Assembly (NCBI GenBank): GCA_051294375.1
Contig: CM119264.1
Span: 11,697,027 to 11,753,284 of the forward strand
DNA from: Paraspadella gotoi
Taxonomy: Eukaryota; Animalia; Chaetognatha
Direction: 5' to 3'
Length of the DNA: 56,258 nt
Position 1 is the first letter of the stretch. Every line of letters starts with the position of its first letter. The translations under genes were made by a program, and so were the position numbers. Shown one piece after another: positions 14,154-29,274 of the stretch. The notes under the pieces were generated by a model. The model ran no database searches. It saw only the letters and a program-made list of their open reading frames with translations, and was not told the origin of the DNA.

Positions 14154-15375
14154 TCTCTCGTGTTATGCTAATACGCGTGACTTAAAGTAGCAGTTAAGCA
14201 TAAACGAAGCGAACGCCCGAAGGCGACAACAAAAAATGGCAATTCTAAAGACAATAACGACTGAACAAGATGAGGAAAGAGGGAGGAGAGACCAAAAGAG
14301 GAGAAGGCAGAGAATCGTTTCTTCTCTGTCTTTTCTCTCTCTCTCTCTTTTCTCCTTTCTCTTCTCTCTCTCTCGTCTCTGCCTCTCTCTTCTTCTCCTC
14401 TTCTCTTTCATCTTGCTGGTTCTCTCCGCTTCGCGTGTCTTTGTTTCTGAGAAACAGCGTAGTGCGAGACGGTGTGTGCGTAGGTTACGACGCGGGTTGA
14501 CTGGGTTTGCTTGGGAGTTCGATATGATCCTGCGAACTCCCATGTGCGGTCTTTTGAGTGAATGCGTTTTTTGAAATTAGTACTTTTAACAGCCTCTCCT
14601 TCACTCCTCCCTCCCTTCTCTCTCTCTCATTCTCTCTCTCGCATCTCTCTCTCTTCTCTCTCTCCTCCTCCTCCCTCTCTCTCGTTTATGGGGGCTAGAT
14701 CACCGGGGTGGAGACGTTAAAAGTAGCAGTTTAAAGGCATAAACGAACGCGAAGAGAAAACACAAACGGCCCGAAGGCGACAAAACAATGGCAGTTCTAA
14801 TCTAGACACTAACGACTGAACAAGATGAGGAAAGAGGGGAGGGGACAAAGAGTAAAGGCGGAATGTTTTCTACTCCTTTCTCCTTTCTCTTCTCCTCTCC
14901 TCTCTCTCTCGTTTCTCTCTCCTCCTTTCTCTCTCGTCTTCGTCCTCTCATCCTTCTCTCTCTCCTTCCTCTCTCTTCTCTCTCTCTCCCTCTTTTCTAT
15001 CCTTGGCTGCGGTGGGGTCCCCTCTCCGCTCTCGCGTGTCTTTTGGTTTGAAACACGTCTTTTTTGGAGCATGAATTGGTTTTCTTGTCTTTTAAAACTA
15101 GAGCCTCTCTGTCCTTCTCTCGCCCTCCTCTCCTCTCTCTCCTCACCCTCCTCTCGCCTCCTCTTCATCTCGTCTCTCTCGTTCTTCTCTGGCGTCTCTC
15201 TCTCCGCTTCTCTTCCTCTCTTGTTATTGCTAATACGGTCGACTTTAAAGTAGGCAGCTTAAGCTAAACGAAGCGGAAAGCCGAAGGGCGAGGTGACATA
15301 AAAAATGGCAATTCATAGACAATAAAGCTTGAACCAAGATGAGGAAGAGGAGAAGGAAGAGACAAAAGAGGAGAA
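13078..15375 (+). repeat. Tandem array of ~7 copies of a ~150-bp unique core separated by variable (CT)n tracts
   Basis: Core gttatgctaatacggtcgacttaaagtagcagttaagcataaacgaagcgaacgcccgaaggcgacaa...ggcagaatcgtt starts at ~13078, 13292, 13518, 13762, 14162, 14683 and 15223. Confidence 0.9.
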
Positions 15376-15400
15376 NNNNNNNNNNNNNNNNNNNNNNNNN

Positions 15401-16496
<1,096 letters not shown>

Positions 16497-18419
16497 NNNN
16501 NNNNNNNNNNNNNNNNNNNNNCATCCAATTTTTTTCTGCTTTCCCCGAATCCCTTCTGTTTTGTTCTCCGACAGACGAAACGACTTTATTTTTACTCGAC
16601 CAATTGAGCGGCTGAGATTAGTTTATGCATAATTGCCATACCAGTCGAGTTTCAGTACAAAATATTGTAACACCATAGTTATTTTGTTTGCTTCAAAGTG
16701 CCGATAAATGACTGATGACAAATAAATTATCCTTATAGATTATTTTGAATACTCAATTACATAAAATATATTTTTAATTCCTTAATTTTAAGAATTCAAG
16801 ATTAAGTCATATTTCAGTAAAAGCCGTCAATAGAATCATATATCGACCTTTTGAGTTTGTTTAACAAGCGATCGATTTTGCGAAAAACAAATTTCGGATA
16901 TAACGAAAATTCGATTCTCACGAGAGGAAATGAGGATCGGCATCGCGAGCGATGGAAAAAGAAAAAAATAATTTTACGACGACGATGATTAAAACCGAAG
17001 ACGATCATTAGAAACAACACATTCCCCACTACCACATCCGGGAGAGGAGTGATCGCATCCGGAGGAGGAGATAAGTAATTTCTAGTTTCCAACCGATGCC
17101 GATGGCAGCGTCGCCGCGAGTGGCCACGCCTCGTCACAAACTATGAATAAAAATGGCGCCGCTGGAATAGCGCGAATGTACCGAAAAGAGAGAGAGAAAA
17201 AAATCGTTTCGATTCCAAAGCTTTTCTCTCGTCTCGCCCCCACGGCTCACCCGCCTTCATCCGCGCTCCCCGCCCCCCTCTCCACTCCCGCCGACGCCAC
17301 CCCTCCCGCTGGGCACCCTCGATGAGATCAACACTCCCACCGAAAGGCGATGGGCGGGAACGATCCGGTTGAGTTGAGATGGAATCGAGTTGGCGTCAAA
17401 TATTCGATTCCGTTTTTGTGTGTGCGGCGGTGCGTATGTGTGAGTGTTGGAAAGTTGGGGGTCGAATTTGGGTCAAATCGTAGCGCATCGCGCCACGTTG
17501 GAGCTGGGGCGGAGAGTGACCCCCTTATCTTGACCCCATGGTCGCTCGATCTATCATCGTGCGTTCTCCCCTAGTCCCATTCGGTCTCATCGGTACACTG
17601 TAAATTCAACCACTAAATACAGCGTGGTCCGAAACGATATGTAGATGTTGATGATTTTATGATGACATTGACCTCGTTTTTCTGCATTTAATGTAGGCGA
17701 CCTCTATCGATTGCATCTTGAGCAATAATAAAAACAAAAGACTCGTCCTAAAAATGATTTCGTTTCGCTTCAATCTGCTTGATGTGATTCACGGCTTAGA
17801 AACAAGCATCACAAAGTTATCAATCCAAGTCTTTTTTGTACTAAAAAAATGAGTTATCCTATAACTACAGAACGTTCAAAATCAAATTTAAGAACAATGG
17901 CACAATTCAAATTCCCGCGCCAAAAATCGTAACGAGGGAAGAAAAACCTCGTCTCGTTGAAAGGATAAAAAGATAAGATTAACGCGGCCGCCAAAAAAAA
18001 AAAAAAAAGAGGAAAAATCGATATTTCTCTTTGATGTCGGTCGTTCGTTTCCAGCGGTCGACCGCCGCCGTCCGCCTGGCCAAAGGAAGAGAACGCCAGA
18101 CCTTAATCTAACCCATAAAAAATGAGGAAGAGGGAGCGAGTGAGAGGGGAGAGAGAGGAGAAAGAGAGAGTGAGAGGAGAGAGAGAGTGTCATGGCGATT
18201 ATTATCGATGTGCTCAACACGCGCAGCTCCACTTAACCTCGGACGCGAGCGGCCGGCCAGTCTCGTCCGTTGTCACTACCAGGTGACGCTTTGTACAAAA
18301 ATACTCTTTCGTCGTGGATATTTTTTTCATATTCCTTTTTGTAGTTTTTCTCTCCTTGGGGCCCGACCTTTGAACTCGGACAATCTTTTTTTTTTTTTTT
18401 GCACTCATCAGGGTTTTTG

Positions 18420-18480
<61 letters not shown>

Positions 18481-18614
18481 TCTTTCATTCTTACAAATCT
18501 TTTTCTCCTCTCAGCTCTTCTTCTCCACTCATCCTTACATCAAATCGCTATTCCTTTACTCTACTTATGAATTTTTTCGCATTACCTCTTTCTCTCCCTC
18601 CCCCCCACCTCTCT

Positions 18615-18661
<47 letters not shown>

Positions 18662-18854
18662 TTTTACTTCCTTTTTCCTTTCCATATTTTATCTCTCCTT
18701 TCTATTTTCGTCCCGCTCTGCATCTTCCCTTCCCGTCGATCCAACCTTGAAAATATCTTTCTCAGACTTACTTTCGCCTTCGAGTAGTGAAAATCTCCAA
18801 ATTACCTGCGATGAAGGAAGACTAAATGGGATAATTCCATTTCCATCTCTTTTC

Positions 18855-18916
18855 TATTCTTTCTTTCTTTCCTTCTTTCTTTTTTCTTTTTTTCTTTCAT
18901 TCTTTCTTCCTTTCGT

Positions 18917-19004
<88 letters not shown>

Positions 19005-19015
19005 TTTTTTTTTCT
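18855..19015 (+). repeat. (TTTC)n microsatellite
   Basis: Direct reading. Confidence 0.95.
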
Positions 19016-19292
19016 TTGTAGTTTGTTTATGCAAAGTCAAACGCCATCACCAATAATACTAATTTCCGCTTGGCACGTCTTAAGAGCTTCATCAAAATTC
19101 TCTGCTCAATTCATACACATTGTGCATTGCACAATTATATTATTTTTTTCTTAAAAAACAAAGTTGCATTTACGTACAATACACAAAATTCGGTCGTAGC
19201 GACACAAATGTGGCGCCGCCTGACGAAGACGTCCGCTGTGTTTTTTTTAAATCCCATCAACTCCGCATTTTTTACTAGGGTAATTTAAACTT

Positions 19293-19335
<43 letters not shown>

Positions 19336-20355
19336 TCTCTCTCTCTCTCTCTCTCTCTCTCCCCTCCAAAATATGCAAAATCCTGTTCAAAAGAGGCAAA
19401 GAAATTTTTTTCGCAAAAAAAAAAAAGTTTTGTGAATCCCGTTTGCTCAAATTTTTATTCTTTGTTTCTCCATGGTACTAAGTAGAAATTCAAACGAAAA
19501 AATTCGCGTCGGTTTAATTTAGTTTATGAGAATTCCCATGTTGACAAAAAAATATAATTTTTAAAACTTGCGACAAAGGGAAAATCCTAAGCAGAAGAGT
19601 TTTAAAACGTCAGTTATGACTTTTTTTGGTAAAAGTTCTTTAGCATGTGACGACCCCAGTTGTTTACTCTTCTGTCCTATTTTCCGACCAGATTGGACAG
19701 TTACTGCTGGAAGGTGATATTATACAATTAAAATAGCAAGATAAATATCATGCTACTAATTTGCTCATTTAAAGCAAATACTTAACTTTAAGTCAAAGAA
19801 TAGCTACGGTGAAGTAATTGCTATTTGTTTTTTTATTTCCTAATTCAATCTGATATTAACTAAGGCGAGTCGAGATTCTGTTGGAGAAGAGAATTATTCC
19901 GATTCAAAGTGCAAGCGAAAAATCCTTGCTTAGATTTATGGCAGCCATAAAATCCCTTTTGAAAAAAAAAATAAAGATTCGAATCCACGAACCGAAGAAA
20001 TAACGCGGCCGTCGATGGACATAAATGGACGAGTTTTCTTTGCCGCAATTATCTTTCTAATCCAAGCGAATTATGCAAGAATCCTTCTATCATTATCGTT
20101 GGTTTTTTTTTTTACGAACCATCGGTTAAGGAAATAAAGGTAATAAATTAATAATAATTATCATTCGGACTTACTAACCAACGAACAGTTTGTTTAGAAA
20201 AACATTCTTCATCGCTCAGGAAAGATCAAAACCTTCTTTTTGGTTCATCCCTGCCAAACACCCCACAAACAATTGAAAAATAAATATAATCTCGGAGGAA
20301 GCTATTAACGTTTTTAAATTGTAACTATTAAATTGTTTCTCGAGTCTAAGCATAA

Positions 20356-20767
20356 AATAATCACCATCCTTGCGACTTCTTCCATCCCCTTCCAGGACGG
20401 GGACGTTATCATTCCCGTCGTCCGCGACTGCAGACAACGCCGCTGCCTCCGCCTTTTCCGCCACCGCCGCCACAAACAAAATGCCACGTTGAATTTGAAA
20501 GCAATTTAACGTCAGCCGAGTTCCGGTTGGCGGAAAGTCATCATGGTTTTCAGAGAAGCGGAGGGACCACGAAAAAGCGCCGCATTTGCCCCCTGCCGCG
20601 ACGGCCGCGGAGACCGCTGCCGCAGCGTCAGCCGCCGGAGACTACCAAAGCCGCCTTCGCCGCCGCCTTCGCCGCCTCCGCCGCCAAAACATTCCGTGAT
20701 GAATTATCAACAAAGTCTAGAAAGCAGTCAGGGGCGCGAAGAGGTGGGAAAGGAAGTCGATCCGAAG
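20356..20767 (+). CDS. Candidate GC-rich exon (Pro/Ala/Arg-rich, unknown product) ending at a consensus donor
   Basis: Stop-free frame 20356-20772 with GAAG|GTGAGT at 20767/20768. Other frames here are also partly open, so the frame is uncertain. Confidence 0.3.
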
Positions 20768-22632
20768 GTGAGTGAGCAGCGCCTCGTTCGGAAGGAGACC
20801 TCGGAGACCCTTTCCTTTTTTAAGTGGCGACGCCATCGATCGACGGATGAACTGACTCTTTCTCGACAGTTCAAAACCTGAGAACCGACATTGGATCTCT
20901 CTTCATTGGCTCCTCGAAAGGATTGGATCTTTCGAAACAAAAGTTACTCAGCTTTGGTGAACGTGGGAGCGCTGAAGGAATGGTGGGAAGAGCCTTGGTT
21001 GAGACGTTAAAGTTCTAAGTTGTTAATTTTTGAATGCTCGATGTAAAAGTTTTTCCTTTTTTGAAATATTTTTTTAAGTATTTTCTCATTATTGGCTCTA
21101 CCGTTTCCTTCTGTTTCTTTTTTGGTTAAATATTTTTATATTTTTTTCTCATCATTTATTACTCCCACGACGTTTTCATTTTTATTTTCTTCTGCTCTTT
21201 GGTTGTTTATTTCTATACGTAAGTTCTGAGGAAAATTTACTTTTTGTCGGACGGAGGAAACTTGGTGAAAAGCTCCACTTTTTCTCTTCCTTGATGCAAA
21301 ATGGAACCAAGATTTTTTCTGTAATTATGATATGCCATATGGCTCTTTCTGGGCACGAGATCTTTTTTCATCAATGGAAAAAATGTTTTGACAAAGCCAA
21401 AGGTAAAAAGAGGGCTCTTAACTTGAGTCGAGTTTACCACCAAAAAAAATAGACGATAAACAAAAAAATATTTTGATAGTTTTCTTTTCAATCGATTCCC
21501 ATTTTTTTTTCCTACGGGGCATTTTTTTTATTTCACTCTATTTTTTAAAAGTGGAGAAGTGAAGTGAATGTTTTTGTGATTCCGTGAGAGTCTATTCCAT
21601 TTTTATCATCTTTCTTTTTGATATTTTTTAGTGGATCGATTCGATATCGCGTTCACTAATATTTTAATCATACTTTAAAAATCATACTTCGACTTCGACA
21701 TCCATTTTCTTTTTTTTTCTCTATTTTTTTATTTCTTTTCTTTCTTTTTTTTCCTTTTTTTTTCTCCTTCATAAAACTCGCGAGATTTTTCTCCCATCAC
21801 TTTTTTCACTTTTTTTTTCTTGAATTTTTTCCCCTTTTTTTCCCTCCTTACTCCCATTCTTCTCCATATAATTCACTATAGCTTTTCTTTCCTCCCATCC
21901 ATCCATTTTCCCCTCACGACGTTTTTCCTCGATTTCACTCTCATCTCGTCCCCAAATTTTTTTTCACCGAATCGTCACTCTCCCCGGTGACACCGCCTCA
22001 TCTTCACGCTTTTCTTCATTGGCGGTGACCGGCGATCGCCTTCTCCTCTTCCCTCATTAACTCTCCAATTCGTCTTCACACTTTCCCTCATCTTCGCGCC
22101 TTCACCAATTTTCACACGTCCCGCGTTTCACACAGTCCCGTCTCTCCCCGCCCAACCCAGGCTCCATTTCTTCCCGTCACCCTTTCTCTCCCCCCCCACC
22201 GTCTTCCTGATTCCACATTCAATTATTCATGATAAACTTCTCCGGTTTTTATCGACTTTCGAGTTCGACTCCGACTTTTTTTTCCCTTTCCTCCTCTTTT
22301 CATCCTCTTTCCAGATTCCATCTCGGCATTTTTCCTCGCGAATATTTTGGGAATCAAAAATCGTTCAAAAGTCGTTGGTTGCGATGTGGGCGATAGAACA
22401 ATCCATTGACTTAGTGATCTTATTCTCCAATTGTCTTTTCTATATATTCGTTCGGACAATTAAGACAGACAGACAGACAGACAGACTCTTCCACAAACTC
22501 TTTCACAACTGGATAATCTTTTTTTTTTCAGCGGACGAGTTTTCTCGAATCACCTTTGAATGAATCACAATTTTAGCCATCTTTTTATTTACTATTTGAC
22601 ATCTTGGTGACTATGATGAGGACGATCAATCA

Positions 22633-22926
22633 GGTCTCCAGAAATAAGCTTTTTACCGGTCGACCGGTTGGACTGTTATTTAGCCGACTTTTTGACTTGG
22701 ATGAGCTCGTCCCAATCGCTGAAACGCTCCTTACGCAAAATATCATCATATTAACTCCTGAAGAAGGTTTACTGAGACGTCCGATAATTACTCCCTCGCA
22801 TCCGTTATGCGTCTTGCATATTTTATTGCAAAATAAGTTGCCGCCTTTGTCGTCGTCGTCGTTGTCGTCGTCATTGTCGCTGGAGTCGCTCGTCGTTTTA
22901 CAAGAATAAAAACTAAAACGTCGTCG
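22633..22926 (-). CDS. Candidate exon with acidic tract and PAN-like Cys spacing (not in the ORF track)
   Basis: 98 stop-free codons: FYSCKTTSDSSDNDDDNDDDDKGGNLFCNKICKTHNGCEGVIIG...IFC. It competes with overlapping + ORF 22604-22909. Confidence 0.3.
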
Positions 22927-23069
22927 TCATCTTGTCAACAAACAAACCTCAAAGGAGAGTCGTTCCTCTGGGCTGTATATTGTTTCTCCCTCTCTCCCTC
23001 TCTCTTTCTGTCTCTCTCTCACTTTCTGTCTTTCTTCTCCACTGTCTCTCTTCTCTCTTCTCTCTCTTC

Positions 23070-23105
<36 letters not shown>

Positions 23106-23437
23106 TTCTCTCCCTCTCAAGCTCTTCCGGAAAAATATGATCAATACCAGAGACAGGGCAGAGATCTCTGCCAACGACCTTCACGCATCTTCAAAGGTGC
23201 AAATCAAAATGTAACAGTTTTTCTCTCTAAACGTTTTTTTCTTTCGTTGAATCTTGATTTACTAGTTGTTATTTTTAATTTATAGGAGATATCAAGTTAC
23301 ATTGTGCTGGATTTTGACCATCCCTCCATTACAGTTATTATTGTACATATTCAATCTGGGAATCTGGGTCGCGCTTATTTATATTATTAAATGATTTGCG
23401 ATCGGGAAAGCGCGAATAAATAATAACGAGAACATCG

Positions 23438-23970
23438 AGGACGACGACGATGACGACGACGTCGACGACGACGACGACGATTACGACGACGACGATTACG
23501 ACGACGACGATGACAACGACGATGACAGACGTAGACTCTGTGATTAATGAAACGTCTCTGGCAGAACTCGTCGCTAAAAGAGGAACGTAGAAGAAAGAAA
23601 GAGAAAACAAGAAAGGAAGCAAGAATGAAAGAAATAAAGAAAGAAAGAAAGAAAGACACACAGATAAAGACAAGCAGAGAAAGAAAGAAGAAAAGAAAGA
23701 AAGAAAAGAAAGAAGAAAGAAGAAGAAAGAAAGAAGAAAGAAAAAAAAAAAAGAATAATGAATGAATGAAGTGAATGAAAAATGAATGAAGGAAGGGGAA
23801 ATAAAAAATATGGCGAAGGTCAAAGCAAGAATAATTCGAGAAAAAAAAAAGAAAAGAAAAGAAGGAAAGAAAAGAAAAGCGAAAGAAAGAGAAGAAAAGA
23901 AAAGAAAGACAAAGTTAATAAGAAAAGAAAAGAAAAGAAAAGAAAAGGAAAAAAAAAAGAAAAAGAAAAT
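23438..23970 (+). repeat. (GAC)n trinucleotide tract followed by a long (GAAA)/(GAA)-rich purine tract
   Basis: Direct reading. Source of the 223-aa Phe/Val pseudo-ORF. Confidence 0.9.
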
Positions 23971-24557
23971 GAAATGGATGTAAAATAATTCTTTCATCGA
24001 GGGAAGCAATTTTAATTTTTTTTTCCTCCAACTTCACGAGAACGAAGCGACATTTGAAAGTAAAGAAGATATTTAAAATAAGTAAAGATATTTAAAAGTA
24101 ATTAAGAGTAATAAAATCGCCGGCTAATTTGTCTTCTGCTTCTCTCTGACTCGATTTATTCGCGACGAAACGAGGGGGCGACGCTACTTTTATTCGCTTT
24201 TATCTCCTCGGAAAATCACAGAACCTTCACCGACGTCGGCAGGCTGATCAGTGATCGGGGCAACAGTCTGGTTGAGTGGCGTCCGGGTCGACAAGGCGGC
24301 CCTACGGTTCACCTTTCAGTTCCAAGTATGCAGTCTCTTCATATTGAGCATAGTGAGCACCCATAAAATCCGTCAGCCAAAAACATCTTCAAACTACTCG
24401 GTTGCTGTGACCGCCTTACTTGATGCCGGGTGCCAAAAATTTTTTTATCGATTGCCACCGTTCAAACTCCTGATGCCTCCCTTTAGTTAAAATTCTTTCT
24501 TTTTAGTCGGATCTGGTCGGTCGGTGGGTCCTACCCCAAAAGCTTGTCGGTAAATCA

Positions 24558-25505
24558 TTTTTATCATATCAGAACCACAAATTATGATAAATTATGCAAA
24601 AAATACGATGTCCGTCAGTCCGTCCGTCTGTCTGTCCGTCCCCCGTTAGCAAAAAAACTCCAATTACTCGTGATTGGATGGATGGATTGGAAGAGGGAAG
24701 TGTGTGATTGAGCTGGATATGAAGTTTTTATAGAATCGTGCTTGTGGAAATAAGTTTAAATGGAAAAAACAAAAAAATATATTTCACTATTTAGAGACCA
24801 ATTACTCATGAGTGGATGGGGCAATTGACTTGAAATTTTGTATTTGGGTAGGAAAGTATGTGATTAAGCTGGAAATCAAATTTCGATGGAATCGTTTGAG
24901 TGTTAAAATGGAAAATCATAAGTCATATTTACTAAAATCTTGTTATTAATTTTAACCCATAATTACTCAAGATGAAATTTTGTGTGTGGGTAGGAAAGTG
25001 TGTGACGAAGCTGGATATAAAGTTTCGAAGGATTAGTGCAAGTAGAAATGAGGTTAAATGGAAAAAATCTAAGTTGAAAAAGTTAAAATAATTTTGTGAG
25101 TTAAAAAATGGAGCGAGTTTAAAAAAGGATGCAAATTGAAAAAAATGATCAAATTGAAAAAAATGGTGCAAGTTGAAAACATTTTGAAAAATAAAAAAAA
25201 TAACAACTGAAAAAAAAGATTTAGGTTGAAAAAATGATGCAAAGTAAAAAAATGAGGCAAGTTAAAAAAATGATGCGAGATGAAAAAATGATATACGTGG
25301 AAAAAGTTGAAAGTTGAAAAAATAATAATAGTTAAATAAATTATTTGTACTTTAGTTGTAATTATTTCTGCCGTCGTAAAAGTTCAGTTTAATCCGTTGC
25401 AAGCGATTTACATGTATTGGCGCAGCCATTGGTTTGGAATGGTACTATCTGTTATGATCAGTGAGGATTTATCATCTGATTAGCTGATTACCGCTTAATT
25501 CTCGT
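24558..25505 (+). mobile_element. Putative non-autonomous Helentron (HINE/DINE-1-like element)
   Basis: T-run, then 5' inverted repeat ttatcata...tatgataa, then (GTCY)n microsatellite gtccgtcagtccgtccgtctgtctgtccgtc (~24610-24640). Three ~150-bp internal repeats start aattactc (24662, 24800, 24961), followed by ~18-bp AAGTTGAAAAAATGATGC repeats. Possible 3' subterminal repeat tctgttatgat (~25448) with an imperfect hairpin; 3' end uncertain. Confidence 0.5.
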
Positions 25506-27330
25506 AGGCAGATCCGACATTGTTTGCTCGAACTTTTTTTTTTGTTAAACTGACAAAAAAAGTTTTGTTTGAAAAAGGATCGATAAGAGCGCTCAGTTTC
25601 GCATCCGCGTCATCTATGGGATTTTTTATTTCACAAACGTCAGCGAGTTTACGAAAAATTTGGTTCGTGTCATTTGATAGATTTTTGCAAACACCTGAAC
25701 CAAACAAATACAACTGTTTGTAGTTGTATAAAACTTAGTAGTTGTGTTACTGTTAGACTTATATCTTTGGAATAAATGATTTTTTTTTTCACTCGCCGCC
25801 TGATTCGAAATATATTTTCATCGTTTCTCTTCAGTCCTCACGACACGCTTTTCACTCCCTCTTACGTCTTCTAACTACTCCTCACTCTTATTTCCTTTCA
25901 CTCCTTCTCACTCTCTCTCACTCTCTCTCACTCTCTCTGAATCACAGCCGCTAGACGGTACCATATTTTCTTGGATTTCAATCGTCTTCTTCTTCATATT
26001 TTTCTTTCCTTTAACATTTTCACTCGTTCATAATTTATCAGTCATTCGTCGTCGTCGTCTCTTCATCGTCGTTATCCGAGTGACGACTCCAGACATCGTT
26101 ATAATTATTTTCTCTTTTTAATTATTCTCCTCTTCATCATTTGTCGTCGTCGTCGTCTTTGTCTTTGTCTTTGTCTTCCTCCACCTTTTATTTTCTTTTA
26201 TTTGTTTCTCCAAAATGACTTTACTTCCTTCGTTCACGCACTATTTCCTGACCCACTCACCCCTTGGCTCACCTCGCTGGGCTCCATATGTCCTCGAGTA
26301 TTTCCTCAGCTATCTGCTCGTCTCTCCTTCTCGTCTCTCTGCTTTCTCGTCTCTCTCGTCTCTCGTCTCTTCATCGCTGCCTCTCTCATCTCTTCACTCT
26401 CTCTCTCCCTTCATACTATCATATAATCATCACTCTTGTCAATGTTTCGGCCTTTCGACTCCTATTTATTTCTTCTATGACTTACTTCCTGTCCCCACAG
26501 TTCCCCCTACCGGACACTAAAAATTCCATTTCTCCCTCCTTCCCTTATTTTCTTTTCATCTTCCTTCTCTCATCTCTTTCCCCCTTCCCCTTTCCCCAAT
26601 CCCCGCTTCCCTCCCCATTCCCCACTTTCCTGTCTCCGCCATTTCCTCGAGGGAAATTCTTTTTCCCGCTTCTTTCTGCTTTTTCCTCTCTTAGTTTCTT
26701 TCTTTTTTGCTCTTTTATCTATTTCTATCCCAAGATAGTTTTTTTTTTACTCTTTTTTCATAATTATTCAAGGAATTTTTAGATTAAATATGCCTTTTCC
26801 CCCCCTTTTTTTCTCGTGATAAAAAGAATTCCAATTAATTGAATTGCATATGTAAAATCTTGGCGAAATCTTAAAAAAGAAAAACGCATTTTTTTGTAAG
26901 GTTAATGAGATAAAAGATCGGATGTTTAAAGTTGAATTTAACTTTCTCTAAATTATATTAAAACTTTACACGTTTTCCTCTCCTTCCTCCGGTTTAGTTC
27001 TTTATTGTGGATAATGGAATTTTCCGCCAAACTTGGGCCAGCACCGAAGGGAAACACCTTTTCCATTCTATTTTTCTCTCCTTTGGGCGTGTTTGCTTTC
27101 TCGTATTCTCGCCTTTTCTTTGCTCTTTTTTTTTCCTCCCTTTCTTCACTCAGTTTTTTTTCCTTTCAAAACAACGACTTTTTTCCTCCTTTTTTAAAAT
27201 TCTTTTTTTCCCTTTTTTAAAAATTAAAAAAAAATTTTGAACTTTCAGGCGCTTTCTCTCACTCGTCCTTTCTCTGCTCCTTTCTCTGCTCCTTTCTCTC
27301 TTTCTCTCTCTATCTTCTCTCTCTCTCTCT

Positions 27331-27365
<35 letters not shown>

Positions 27366-28976
27366 GAAAAGTCAAAAACAGAAGGCGAAAAGTAGCAGAT
27401 ATTAGACTGGGAAAGTCGGAGCCTAATCGCAGTTTCATAATAAGGAAGAACCAGAATTTTTACTGTGATTCAAACGAATCCTAAACACCAGAGCAAAAAA
27501 AGCATTGGGTTTTCAGAAGCGATTCAGCGGACGAAAGGAGCAACGTGGTAGCCGCCTATAAAATCCACCAGCTTTTTCTTCTGATTTCGATTCTCGATTC
27601 GTTTTCGCCATAAAACGTGAATAAATCACAAAAATGACGAAGAGATCGTCGTTATATTCGTCTTTCACGCCCGTCACATGATGCGTGACGGGGAGCGCGT
27701 CATCGCGCGTGACATCTACCGCATCATATAACATTTCAGCTTAGTTTAAAATAAAAAAAAACAAAAAAAAACAGACATTTCCAGACAAAACAAAGACGCT
27801 TATTTATTATTTAATCTGTTATAAGTTCAAATTAAAGATTCATTGAATTCAGCACTCAATTAAAAAAAATAAGTAATTATAAAATAACTCAATCAATTAA
27901 TCAATCAAAAAAATAATCAAATAATCAATAAATTAGTCAATAATGAAAGTTTACTTTACGCTGGCGCCATTAACTGGAAGATGAAATCAAGTTAAAAATG
28001 GCATCATGTGAAAAAAAAAATAAAACAAACTAAAAAAATAGGGAAAAAATTAGAAAAAAAAAAAGATGACGCAGGAAAAAAAAAGGGGATTTCGTATGAA
28101 AAATTGCGTGGATTAGCCGAGGCAACGTCGAAGAGTCTTGAAAGGCCTCTTTTTCGTTTTCCTACCGCAAAGTAGATTTAGATTTCATTATAGATTCTAA
28201 CTTTCCTTCACTATTTTTTCTAACATGAAATAAAATAAATTAACATTGACGGATGGAACATTTTTCATTTTAGAGAGAGCTTTTTTAATCATACTAATTA
28301 ATTTAGACAATTTTCAGCTTTTGATTTCAGATTCAAAACTTCCTATTTTTCGACGTCAATTATTATTACTAAACGATATAGCTAAAATATTTTTGTAATT
28401 ATTCTTTTAATTAACAACTCGTTAAAGCGTACAACTTTATTTTTACTCGAATACATTTTTTCTATCTCAGCTTTGTTTATATTTGTTTAAAATCAGTAAC
28501 TAATTGATTTAAAAATTCTCCTTGATATTTTAGGGAAAGGGTAACAAAGAAGGATGCTCGTTATAAAAATTCCAATTAAGAATATGACGCTGTTTCAATT
28601 GTACATACCTTTTTAGATATTTTTAGATATTATTCACTTTTTATTCCTTTTGATGCCGCAAGATTCTTTATCCTTTTTCTCCTTAGAAAAAAGTGAGAAA
28701 AAAAATCCATTGTTATTAAAAATTAAAAATTAAAATTAAAAACGTATAAACTCTTGTTTCCTTTTTTTTCGTGAGAATTCGATTATTTAAGAAATCTTCG
28801 TGGACATCCGCCCGTCGACTTTTTTTTCCGCACGCGCGAAAATCTCGACGCGTCGATGGCGCGCGGGCTCAAAAACAAAAGGCTGCGACGACGACGATAA
28901 CGACGACGACGACGACGATCTCCCGTCCTTTAAAATCTGAGAAAACAAAAAACCGTTTTGTCGCGAAAAAAAAATG

Positions 28977-29071
<95 letters not shown>

Positions 29072-29166
29072 CATTTCGAAAAAAGCGCGCGAGACGTGTA
29101 AAAGACGACTCCGCGTTCCCGGACGCTTCATGGTGTCACAACCAAAAAACTCGCGCGAGCTCGACT

Positions 29167-29274
29167 AGCCAATCAGAGAACAAGGAGTCAAGTGATTCGG
29201 GATTGGGGGATTGGACCAATCGGATCGCTCGGCCAATCGGAGGATGGGAAGATGGTCGAAGTTAGTCCAATCGG
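29167..29274. promoter_or_regulatory. Cluster of six CCAAT boxes (NF-Y-like promoter)
   Basis: CCAAT at 29169, 29216, 29233, 29267 (all CCAATC) and ATTGG at 29202, 29210, in a CpG-rich context. Confidence 0.55.

Noticed and set aside
13078-15375. CRISPR-like repeat/spacer appearance
   Set aside because: The repeat is ~150 bp, spacers are (CT)n rather than unique sequence, there are no cas genes, and the context is eukaryotic.
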